Origin: Gaiellaceae bacterium
Lineage (GTDB): Bacteria; Actinomycetota; Thermoleophilia; Gaiellales; Gaiellaceae
Direction: 5' to 3'
DNA length: 41,735 nt
NCBI GenBank assembly: GCA_035720085.1
Contig: DASTPC010000155.1
Span: 1 to 41,735 of the forward strand
The translations under genes were made by a program, and so were the position numbers. This document shows, one piece after another, positions 31,800-39,989 of this stretch (positions are counted from its first letter, which is position 1; each line of letters starts with the position of its first letter). The notes under the pieces are model-generated. The model did no database searches and was not told the DNA's origin. It worked only from the letters and a program-made list of their open reading frames with translations.

Positions 31800-34583
31800 G
31801 TGCAGGAAGAGACCCTCCGCTCTCCGGGCGTCGGGCAGGTCGCCGGCACGCTGGTGGTCACCGAGGGGCCGCTCGCCGGCCAACGGGTCGCGGTGCGCTC
31901 GGCGCTCGTGCTCGGCCGCGACGGCGCCGACCTGACGATCCCGGATCCCGAGCTCTCCCGGCGGCACGCGGTGGTGCGCCCGGCCGACGCCGGCCTCGAG
32001 CTCGAGGATCTGGGCTCCGCCAACGGAACCTGGTTGAACGGACGAGCCATCGTCCAGCCGACGCTGCTTCGCTCGGGAGACCTGGTGACGCTCGGGAGCA
32101 CGTCTCTTCAAGTCGAGCTCGCTACAGCGGACGGCGAACGGGTTCCTGCCCTGGTGGTCACCGAGGGCCCCCTCGCGGGACGGCGCCTGCTGGTCGAGGG
32201 TGAGCTGGTGTTCGGCCGCGAGGGCGCCGACGTGGTGATCGAGGATCTCGGGATCTCGCGCCGCCACGTCGCGGTGCGCGCGGTGGACGGGCACCTGGAG
32301 GTCGAGGACCTCGAGTCGATGAACGGGACCTGGGTGAACACGCGCCGGATCGCCGACGTGACGGTGCTGCAGCCCGGCGACGTCATCCGGCTCGGCCGCA
32401 CCGCGCTCGAGGTGGAGGGTGCGCGAGCCGAGGCGACCGGCCCGGCGGAGCGACTCCTCGGCCGGCTGGCGGACGTCGTCACGCGACGCCGCCGCTGGGC
32501 GATCGCGATCTGGGCCGCGGTGCTGCTCGGCTGCTCCTGGTTCTCGCTGCACCAGTCCGACCGCCTCTCAGGAGGGGGCTGGGAGGTGCCGGGCAGCGAG
32601 TCGCAGCGGGTCGACGAGCTGCTCGAGCAGTTTCCGCAGGGAGCCGGCGCCGATCTGAGCGTGCTCGTCAGCGGCCGGGCGGCGGAGCCCGTGGCGGCGA
32701 GGCTCGCCGAGGTGCGAGAGGCGCTCGCTGGAGAGTCGGAGCTGCGCGCCGGCCCGCCGCGCTTCTTCGAGCGCCGGACGATCGCGTTGCTGCCGTACGC
32801 GTACACCGGCCCGTCGGCCAGGGAGATCGACACCGCCACGGACGTCCGCGAGCTCGTCCGCCAGACGGCGGGCGGGGTCGAGACGCGAGTCGTCGGGACG
32901 CCCGCGATCTGGTCGAACTTCCAGGAGGTCTCGAAGGAGCAGCTGGCGAAGAGCGAGGCGATCGGCTTCCCGCTGATCCTGCTGATCCTGCTCGCCGGCT
33001 TCGGCACGCTCGTCGCGGCACTCGCACCGCTGGCGCTCGGCTTCGTGACCGTCTTCCTCGGCGCGGCCGTCATCTACGCCATCTCGACGACCTTCGAGAT
33101 GTCGGTCTACGTCACGAACATGGCGTCGATGATCGGCATCGGCGTCGCGGTCGACTACTCGCTCTTCATCGTCAGCCACTTCCGGCGCGAGCTCCAGGCG
33201 GGCGCGACGAAGGAGGAGGCGGTCCGCCGCTCCATGGCGAGCGCGGGCACCGCGGTGGTCTTCAGCGGCGCCACCGTCGCAGTCGCGCTGGCCGGGCTGT
33301 TTCTGATCGACGTGAACGCGATCCGCTCGATGGCGGTCGGAGCGATCGTGGTGGTGGTCGTGGCCGTGCTCGCGGCGGTCACGCTCCTGCCCGCGTTCCT
33401 CGCGCTCGTGGGCCACGGGATCGAGCGGCTCCGCATTCGCCTGCCGTGGTCGACCGGCGAGCAGGGGACGTCGCGCTTCTGGGCCGAGTGGGTCGACCGC
33501 GTCCTCGCCCGTCCCGGGCGCTGGCTCGCGGGCGCGACCACCTTCATGCTCCTGCTCGCCGTGCCCATGCTCTGGATGGAGACGGGCAGCAGCGGCCTCC
33601 AGCAGCTCCCGGCCGACGCCGAGGTCCGGGTCGCGACCGAGCGCGTCGCGGCGCTCGCGGGACCCGGGGCGGCGGGGCCCGCTCCGATCGTCGTCTCGCA
33701 GCGAGCGGCCGCCGACGAGCTCACGAGCCGACTGCGCTCGTTCCCGGGCGTGGCCGGGGTCGGGCCCGTCTCGACGAGCACCGGCGGCACCCTCTTCGCG
33801 GTGGATGCGACCTTCGACGCGGAGCCGGAGTCCGACCGGGCGCTCGACACGCTCGGGCGCCTGGACCGCGCGGTCGAGCTGATCGCGGCGGAGCACGGCG
33901 CCGATGCCGTCGTGGGCGGCGAGACGGCCCGGACGCGCGATACCGACGACGCGATCATGGGCGGGCTCTGGAAGGTCGTGCTCTTCATCCTGGCCATCTC
34001 GTACCTCGTCCTGCTCGTGCTGCTTCGGAGCGTCTTGATGCCGCTCAAGGCCGTGACCATGAACCTGCTCAGCGTGGGAGCCGCGTACGGCGTGCTGGTG
34101 ATGATCTTCCAGTGGGGGCTGCTCGACTGGACGGGCTACGACTCGCCGGGGTACATCGAGATGGTCGTGCCGCCGCTGTTGCTGGCGGTCACGTTCGGGC
34201 TCTCGATGGACTACGAGGTGTTCCTCCTGACACGGATCCGCGAGCGCGTCGAGGCCCACGGGGACAGCAACCGGGCGGTGCGCGAAGGGGTGGTGCAGAG
34301 CGCCCGGATCATCACCAGCGCCGCCCTGATCATGGTCGCCGTCTTCGGCGCCTTCGCGATCGCCGGCGCGCTCTCGATCAAGCAGATCGGGGTCGGGCTC
34401 TCGGTCGCGATCCTGCTCGACGCGACCGTCGTCAGGCTCGTGATCGTGCCGTCGACGATGCGGCTGCTCGGCGACTGGAACTGGTGGCTGCCGAAGCCGC
34501 TCCAGCGCGTGCTGCCGGTGGTCTCGTCCGAGGGCTCGGGTGCGGCCGCGGCGGACGGGGCGCGGCAGGGCGGGCCGGCGTGA
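31800..34583 (+). CDS. Tandem FHA domains fused to an MMPL (RND) transporter
   Basis: FHA1 GRD..SRRHA..DLGSANGT and FHA2 GRE..SRRHV..DLESMNGT; MMPL motifs GIGVAVDYSLF, GTAVVFSG, FGLSMDYEVF, LLGDWNWWLP. Confidence 0.92.
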   Translation: MQEETLRSPGVGQVAGTLVVTEGPLAGQRVAVRSALVLGRDGADLTIPDPELSRRHAVVRPADAGLELEDLGSANGTWLNGRAIVQPTLLRSGDLVTLGSTSLQVELATADGERVPALVVTEGPLAGRRLLVEGELVFGREGADVVIEDLGISRRHVAVRAVDGHLEVEDLESMNGTWVNTRRIADVTVLQPGDVIRLGRTALEVEGARAEATGPAERLLGRLADVVTRRRRWAIAIWAAVLLGCSWFSLHQSDRLSGGGWEVPGSESQRVDELLEQFPQGAGADLSVLVSGRAAEPVAARLAEVREALAGESELRAGPPRFFERRTIALLPYAYTGPSAREIDTATDVRELVRQTAGGVETRVVGTPAIWSNFQEVSKEQLAKSEAIGFPLILLILLAGFGTLVAALAPLALGFVTVFLGAAVIYAISTTFEMSVYVTNMASMIGIGVAVDYSLFIVSHFRRELQAGATKEEAVRRSMASAGTAVVFSGATVAVALAGLFLIDVNAIRSMAVGAIVVVVVAVLAAVTLLPAFLALVGHGIERLRIRLPWSTGEQGTSRFWAEWVDRVLARPGRWLAGATTFMLLLAVPMLWMETGSSGLQQLPADAEVRVATERVAALAGPGAAGPAPIVVSQRAAADELTSRLRSFPGVAGVGPVSTSTGGTLFAVDATFDAEPESDRALDTLGRLDRAVELIAAEHGADAVVGGETARTRDTDDAIMGGLWKVVLFILAISYLVLLVLLRSVLMPLKAVTMNLLSVGAAYGVLVMIFQWGLLDWTGYDSPGYIEMVVPPLLLAVTFGLSMDYEVFLLTRIRERVEAHGDSNRAVREGVVQSARIITSAALIMVAVFGAFAIAGALSIKQIGVGLSVAILLDATVVRLVIVPSTMRLLGDWNWWLPKPLQRVLPVVSSEGSGAAAADGARQGGPA

Positions 34584-34635
34584 GACGCCCTGTGGCTACT
34601 CGCGGCCGCGACAGCGGCCGGCCCCGTCCTTGCGC
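34584..34635 (-). repeat. Structured repeat family A, copy 6 (internal deletion)
   Basis: Reverse complement reads GCGCAAGGACGGG-GCCGGCCGC-TGTC-GCGGCCG...CACAGGGCGTC; both ends match copy 5. Confidence 0.75.
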
Positions 34636-34653
34636 AGAGGGCGGCGGGCCGGC

Positions 34654-36015
34654 GTGAGCGCCGCCGCGCTCGTCGTCAAGGACGGGCCGCTCGAGGGCCG
34701 ACGCGTCGACGTCGGCGCGGAGCTGGTCGTCGGCCGCGAAGGCGCCGCGCTCACGCTGCCCGACCTCGAGGTTTCCCGACGGCATGCGGTCGTGCGCGCC
34801 GACGACGGCGCGGTGTGGCTCGAGGACCTCGAGTCCGCCAACGGCACCTGGGTCAACGGCCGCCGCATCGCCGCGCGGACCCGGCTCGCCGACGGCGACC
34901 TCGTCAGGCTCGGGCACACGACCGTCCAGGTCGAGCTGGCGGCTCCGCGGGCCGAGCCCGAGGCGCCTGCGGCCTCGCCGGCCGCTGCCCCCGGCGGCCG
35001 CGCCGCAGCCGCGGTGAGCGGCACGCGGCTGCTGGCGCTCGGGCTCGCCGGCGCGCTCCTGCTGCAGCTCGTCTTCGCCGCCTCCTACGTGGGGGCGCTG
35101 CACTCGCCCGACCCGGAGAACGTGCCGGTGGCGGTGGCCGGACCGCCCGCTGCGGCGCGCGGGCTCGCGCAGCGCCTCGCGGCGGACGACGCGATCGAGC
35201 CGGTCGTGGTCGCCGATCGCGCAGCGGTGCTGCGGGCGATCGACGGCCGCGACGTCTACGGCGGGCTCGTGCTCGGCCGCGAGCGGGACGAGCTGGTCGT
35301 CGCCCAGGCGGCGAGCCTCCAGGTCGCGACCCTGCTGACGAGGAGCTTCGGCGAGCTTGCCGCCGGCCAGGGGCGCCCGCTGACCGTCACGGACGCGAAG
35401 CCGCTGCCCGAGGGGGACTCGCGCGGCCTCTCCGCGTTCTACGCCGTGATCGCCTTCGTGTTCGGGGGCTACCTGGCCGCGACGGTGCTAACGCTCTTCG
35501 CGGGCGCGGCATCTCGCCACCACAAGCGGGCGGCGATGCGAGTGGGCGGGCTCGTCCTCTACTCGCTCGCGGCGGGGCTGCTCGGCGCGATCCTGCTCGA
35601 CCCGGTGATCGGGGCGCTGCAGGGCCACTTCCTCGCGCTCGCACTGCTCGGCGCGCTGCTCGTGCTCGCGGTCGCCGCCGGCACCGCTGCCCTGCAGTCG
35701 GTGCTCGGAATCGCCGGCACCGCGGTGGCGATGATCGTCTTCTTCATGGTCGCCAACCCCGCCGCCGGCGCCGCCGTGCCGAACGAGCTGCTGCCCGGGT
35801 TCTGGCGGGCCGTCGGGCCGTGGCTGCCGTCGGGCGCCGGCGTCACCGCCATCGTCAACACCACCTACTTCGACGGTCACGACGTCGCGCAGCCGCTGGC
35901 CGTGCTCGCGGCCTACGCCGTCGCGGGGTCGGCGCTTGTGATCGCCGTCGGCTGGAGGCACGGCCGGCGCTCGAATCCCGAGCTCGAGCTGACCACGGCG
36001 GCCGCAGCCGCCTGA
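34654..36015 (+). CDS. FHA domain fused to a YhgE/Pip-like (DUF3533/ABC2-type) membrane permease
   Basis: FHA GRE..SRRHA..DLESANGT; SYVGALHSPDPENVPVAV, GDSRGLSAFY, LLPGFWRAVGPWLP motifs. Confidence 0.82.
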   Translation: MSAAALVVKDGPLEGRRVDVGAELVVGREGAALTLPDLEVSRRHAVVRADDGAVWLEDLESANGTWVNGRRIAARTRLADGDLVRLGHTTVQVELAAPRAEPEAPAASPAAAPGGRAAAAVSGTRLLALGLAGALLLQLVFAASYVGALHSPDPENVPVAVAGPPAAARGLAQRLAADDAIEPVVVADRAAVLRAIDGRDVYGGLVLGRERDELVVAQAASLQVATLLTRSFGELAAGQGRPLTVTDAKPLPEGDSRGLSAFYAVIAFVFGGYLAATVLTLFAGAASRHHKRAAMRVGGLVLYSLAAGLLGAILLDPVIGALQGHFLALALLGALLVLAVAAGTAALQSVLGIAGTAVAMIVFFMVANPAAGAAVPNELLPGFWRAVGPWLPSGAGVTAIVNTTYFDGHDVAQPLAVLAAYAVAGSALVIAVGWRHGRRSNPELELTTAAAAA

Positions 36016-36025
36016 GCAGCCGGCC

Positions 36026-36931
36026 ATGTGGAAGCAGCAGTCTTCGGGAGCGGAGCTCCGGCCGGGCGACGTCTTCGGCCCCTTCAGGCTCGACCGCGAG
36101 CTCGGCCGCGGCGGCATGGGCATCGTCTTCCGCGCGACGCGCCTCGCGGACGGCGAGGTCGTCGCCCTCAAGGTGCTGCGCGGCGAGCTGTCGGGCGACA
36201 CGGTCTTCCGGCGGCGCTTCCTGCACGAGGCGCGGGCGGCGAGCGCCGTCACCAACCGGCACCTGGTCCCGATCGTGGACGCGGGGGAGGTCGACGGCCA
36301 CCAGTACCTGGCCGCACGCTGCGTCGAGGGAATGTCGCTCGAGCAGCGGATCCGCGCCGAGGGCGCGCTGCCGGTCGACGACGTCGTGCGCATGGTGGCG
36401 CAGATCGCATCCGGGCTGGACGCGCTCCACTCGGCCGGGCTCGTCCACCGCGACGTGAAGCCCGCGAACATCATGCTCGAGGAGGGCGGCGGCGCCCTGC
36501 TGACCGACTTCGGGCTCTCGAAGGGCAGCGCGTACACGGTGCTGACCGAGCCGGGCAGCGTGATGGGGACCGTCGACTACCTCGCGCCCGAGCTGATCCG
36601 CGGCGGGGCGGCCTCGCCGGCCACCGACATCTACGCCCTCGGCTGCGCCGCGCACGAGTGCCTGACGGGGGCGCCGCCCTTCGCCGCGAGCGAGGGTGTC
36701 GTCGCGATCGGCCTCGCGCACCTGAACGACGATCCGCCGGACCCGGCGGCGCACCGCCGGGATGTCCCGCCCGAGGTCTCCTGGGCAGTGCTGCAGGCGC
36801 TCGCGAAGGCGCCCGAGCGGCGGCCGCCGACGGCGACGGCCTACTCGCTGACACTGGCGGCAGCCCTCCGCGGTCGGCGCGCCGGCGACGCGGGGCGCCG
36901 CTCCGGGATGCCTGGTAATCCCTTGAGGTAG
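36026..36931 (+). CDS. Soluble Ser/Thr protein kinase
   Basis: GRGGMG, VALK, HRDVKPAN, DFG, GTVDYLAPE, DIYALG all intact. Confidence 0.92.
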   Translation: MWKQQSSGAELRPGDVFGPFRLDRELGRGGMGIVFRATRLADGEVVALKVLRGELSGDTVFRRRFLHEARAASAVTNRHLVPIVDAGEVDGHQYLAARCVEGMSLEQRIRAEGALPVDDVVRMVAQIASGLDALHSAGLVHRDVKPANIMLEEGGGALLTDFGLSKGSAYTVLTEPGSVMGTVDYLAPELIRGGAASPATDIYALGCAAHECLTGAPPFAASEGVVAIGLAHLNDDPPDPAAHRRDVPPEVSWAVLQALAKAPERRPPTATAYSLTLAAALRGRRAGDAGRRSGMPGNPLR

Positions 36932-36947
36932 TTGTTACAACTGCTCG

Positions 36948-38591
36948 GTGGACTGGGTTCCGAAGGTCTCCACGCGCTTCGCGCAGTACGAGATCCAGGC
37001 TCTGATCGGGCACGGCGGCATGAGCGTCGTCTATCGCGCCGAGCACGTGGCCCTGGGCCGGAAGGTCGCGCTCAAGATCCTCTCCCCCGCGCTGACCGAC
37101 GACGAGGACTTCCAGGAGCGCTTCACCCGCGAGTCGCGGCTCGCGGCCGCCCTCGACCACCCCAACATCGTGCCGATCTACGAGGCCGGCAACGAGGCGG
37201 GGGCGTTCTTCATCGCGATGCGCTACGTCGACGGCTCCGACCTGAAGCAGCTGATCCAGCGCGAGGGCCCCCTGGACCCGGCGCGGACGAGCGCGATCAT
37301 CAAGCAGGTGGCGAGCGCGCTCTCCGCCGCCCACGACGAGAACCTCGTCCACCGGGACGTGAAGCCCGCGAACATCCTCATCTCGTCGCGGCGCCGCGAG
37401 GACGACGGCGACCACGTCTACCTGTCCGACTTCGGGATCGCGAAGCACGCCGCCTCGCGCGTGAACCTGACGAAGACGGGGCTCTTCGTCGGCACCGCCG
37501 AGTACGCCGCGCCGGAGCAGATCGAGGGCCACCAGCTGGACGGCCGCAGCGACATCTACGCGCTCGGCTGCGTCCTCTACGAGTGCCTGACCGGCGAGAT
37601 GCCGTACCAACGCGAGTCGGAGGTGGCGATGATGTACGCGCACCTCCTGGAGCCGCCGCCGCGGGTGAGCGACAAGCGACCCGACCTCTCGCCGCAGCTC
37701 GACGACGTGGTGGCGAAGGCGATGGCGAAGTCGAAGGACGACCGGTACGACAACGTGCGCGACTTCGCCGCCGCCGCGAGCGCGGAGCTGGCGAAGGCTC
37801 CGGTCGTCGCGGCGGCCCCGCTCGCCGACGAGGGCTCGAACGGCCCGCCGCCGGCGGGCGAGACCGTCATCGCCGGCGCCGGCGGAGACGGACGCGAGAC
37901 GGTGCTCGCGAGCCCGCCGACGAGCGTTGCCCAGCAGCGTGCCAAGGGGGACGGCAAGCCCAGCTTCCTCTCTCGCAACCGGCAGTGGCTGATCCCCGTC
38001 GCGATCGCCGCCCTCGCCGCCGCCGTCGCCGCTGTCGGCGTGCTCCTCTTCACGGGAGACGACGACGGCACGCCGTCGGGCGCGGCCGCCCAGCCGCCGC
38101 CCGCGGCGCAACCGCCGCCAGCCGCCGTGGGCGACATCTCGCAGCTCGCCTCGCTCGTGCCGACGCCGGTCTGGAAGGACTGCGCGGTCAAGGCGGTGCC
38201 GGCCACGGGAGCGACGCAGAGCGCCGTCTGCCTGGGCCTCAACGGCCCGGACGAGGTCCAACTCTCGATCTACCCGAGCGCCGCAGCACTCGACGCCGCC
38301 TACGAACAGGCCCGGAAGGCCGCCAACGTCGGCAAGGACTTCGGCGGCTGCAGCGGCACCGTCTGGGGCGGGGAGGGAGCCTGGCTGCACGGGCCCGACA
38401 AGCCGGGCGGCAAGGACTTCTGCTACTTCGACGGCAACGACGCCGTCATCGTGTGGTCGCACGAGAAGCTCGGCCAGGATACGCACACGGACCTGCTCGG
38501 CACTGCCAGCCGGGGCAGCAGCGACCACGCCGGCCTGTTCCGCTGGTGGCGCTTCTGGCACCACCAGATGGGCAAGCTCGTCGAGCAGTGA
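36948..38591 (+). CDS. Transmembrane Ser/Thr protein kinase with a 4-Cys extracytoplasmic domain
   Basis: VALK, HRDVKPAN, DFG, GTAEYAAPE; TM WLIPVAIAALAAAVAAVGVLLF; C-terminal domain ending LFRWW. Confidence 0.92.
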   Translation: MDWVPKVSTRFAQYEIQALIGHGGMSVVYRAEHVALGRKVALKILSPALTDDEDFQERFTRESRLAAALDHPNIVPIYEAGNEAGAFFIAMRYVDGSDLKQLIQREGPLDPARTSAIIKQVASALSAAHDENLVHRDVKPANILISSRRREDDGDHVYLSDFGIAKHAASRVNLTKTGLFVGTAEYAAPEQIEGHQLDGRSDIYALGCVLYECLTGEMPYQRESEVAMMYAHLLEPPPRVSDKRPDLSPQLDDVVAKAMAKSKDDRYDNVRDFAAAASAELAKAPVVAAAPLADEGSNGPPPAGETVIAGAGGDGRETVLASPPTSVAQQRAKGDGKPSFLSRNRQWLIPVAIAALAAAVAAVGVLLFTGDDDGTPSGAAAQPPPAAQPPPAAVGDISQLASLVPTPVWKDCAVKAVPATGATQSAVCLGLNGPDEVQLSIYPSAAALDAAYEQARKAANVGKDFGGCSGTVWGGEGAWLHGPDKPGGKDFCYFDGNDAVIVWSHEKLGQDTHTDLLGTASRGSSDHAGLFRWWRFWHHQMGKLVEQ

Positions 38592-38602
38592 CGCCGGCGA
38601 GA

Positions 38603-38634
38603 GGCGGAGAGGCGGCCTGAGCCGCCCCTCCGCC
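38603..38634. terminator. Hairpin between convergent genes, probable bidirectional terminator
   Basis: GGCGGAGAGGCGGC-CTGA-GCCGCCCCTCCGCC with one mismatch; no U-tract. Confidence 0.5.
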
Positions 38635-38668
38635 GGGCACGACGCGGGCCCGCGGCCGGCCATGCCGG

Positions 38669-39610
38669 TCACGGGGTGGCCACGTTCGCCGCCCCTCTCG
38701 TCTTCGTCGTCGTGAACGCCCAGTCGGTGGCCGCGTTGCCGGTGTCGGTGCCGTCCGGCAGCCGCGAGAGCGAACCGTCGACCGTGTTCGAGTCGGCGAC
38801 CGTCGCCGGCAGGGCCGTCCCCTCGACGAGCGAGTACGTCTGCCCGTCGATCGTGGCGGCGGTGATCGGCCCCTCGTAGGAGAGGGCGTCGAGCAGCGTG
38901 CCGTTCGCCGTGTCCACGAGCGCGAGCCCGTCCGGGGCGCCGTTCTGCGGGTCGGCGTCGACGCCGAGGTGCCCGCCGGCGGCGAGCGAGCCCGTCAGCG
39001 CGATGCGGTCGTACTCCGTGCCGTCGCCGTTGAGGAGCACGATCGCGATGCCCGCCAGCGTCGCCGAGCCCGAGCCGGTGTTCGCGATCTCGACGAAGCC
39101 GGCCGCGTCGGTGCCGACCTGGTCGTAGTCCACCTCGTTGAGCACCAGCTTCGCCCCGCCAGGCGGGGGCGGGGGCGGAGGCGGCGGAGGCGGCGGAGGC
39201 GGAGGCGGAGGCGGCGTGCCGCCGCCGGCCTCGCAGGTCAACGTGATCAGATCGGTCGGCGTGACATCGACCACCACGGTGCCGTTGCCGTTCTCGAACG
39301 TCGTGCACGGCGTGCCGGCGAGCGCGCCGATCGAGGCGATGCCGGGGTCGCCCTTCGGCCCCTGCGGGCCGGGCGGCCCCTGCGGGCCGGCCTCGCCGGC
39401 CGGGCCGGCGGGGCCACGCTCGTTCCACTGCAGTGCCTTCTCCTTCGCCGTCTTGCACGCGTCGGCCGAGCCGACCACGCGCAGGAGCCCGTGGCGCAGG
39501 TTCTGGCAGGCGTGGATGGTGCCGTCGGGCTCGGTCGCGGCCGAGATCGCGGCCGCGCCGGCGAGCACCGCGAGCCCGGCCAGGACGAGCGCGAGCGGAT
39601 GTCGCTTCAC
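38669..39610 (-). CDS. Secreted protein with short collagen-like repeat, poly-Pro linker and lamin-tail-like domain
   Basis: Signal peptide; GPAGPAGEAGPQGPPGPQGPKGDPG; long Pro run; LVLNEVDYDQVGTD..FVEIAN; SD GAAGGAGG. Confidence 0.8.
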   Translation of the reverse strand: MKRHPLALVLAGLAVLAGAAAISAATEPDGTIHACQNLRHGLLRVVGSADACKTAKEKALQWNERGPAGPAGEAGPQGPPGPQGPKGDPGIASIGALAGTPCTTFENGNGTVVVDVTPTDLITLTCEAGGGTPPPPPPPPPPPPPPPPPPGGAKLVLNEVDYDQVGTDAAGFVEIANTGSGSATLAGIAIVLLNGDGTEYDRIALTGSLAAGGHLGVDADPQNGAPDGLALVDTANGTLLDALSYEGPITAATIDGQTYSLVEGTALPATVADSNTVDGSLSRLPDGTDTGNAATDWAFTTTKTRGAANVATP

Positions 39611-39757
39611 GTTCCCTCCTTCGGTTGGTGACGCCGAGAAGGGGTACTCGGGCCGCGTGCGCCTGCCCAGTGGCCGAAACGGACGGCGGCGGCGCGAAGC
39701 CGCTGGCTGCGCGGCGCTGTGGAGAACCCGTCACGGAACCGGCACGCGCCCGGACGC

Positions 39758-39788
39758 CGGAGGGCCCGCCGTCGAGGCGGGCCCTCCG
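39758..39788. other. Perfect 13-bp GC hairpin in a divergent intergenic region
   Basis: CGGAGGGCCCGCC-GTCGA-GGCGGGCCCTCCG. Confidence 0.55.
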
Positions 39789-39989
39789 CGCCCACCGTGG
39801 GGATATCCCCCTGGCCGCCGTCACGCACGCGGCGCGACGGCGTCTCTCCCACTTCTCATCGTCTCCGCCGGCGGCGGGAACGCAAGGTCCAGGTTTCGAC
39901 ACGCGCCGCCGCAGGCGCGGCCCCATCGGTCCAACGTCCCCCCGGACCTGAGGCTGAAGCGCTCGGCGCAACCCGCCGACAGGCGGTCT

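Noticed and set aside
2693..34635. Repeat family A or the 21-bp tandem repeat as a CRISPR array or known riboswitch
   Set aside because: Copies are dispersed, with no spacers or cas genes. CTTCAGGG recalls the FMN riboswitch but the rest of that consensus is missing.
39660..39745. c-di-GMP or ZTP riboswitch resemblance
   Set aside because: Only scattered short matches (GAAAC, GGCGCGAAGCC, CTGGGCA), on inconsistent strands; kept only as an unassigned structured region.
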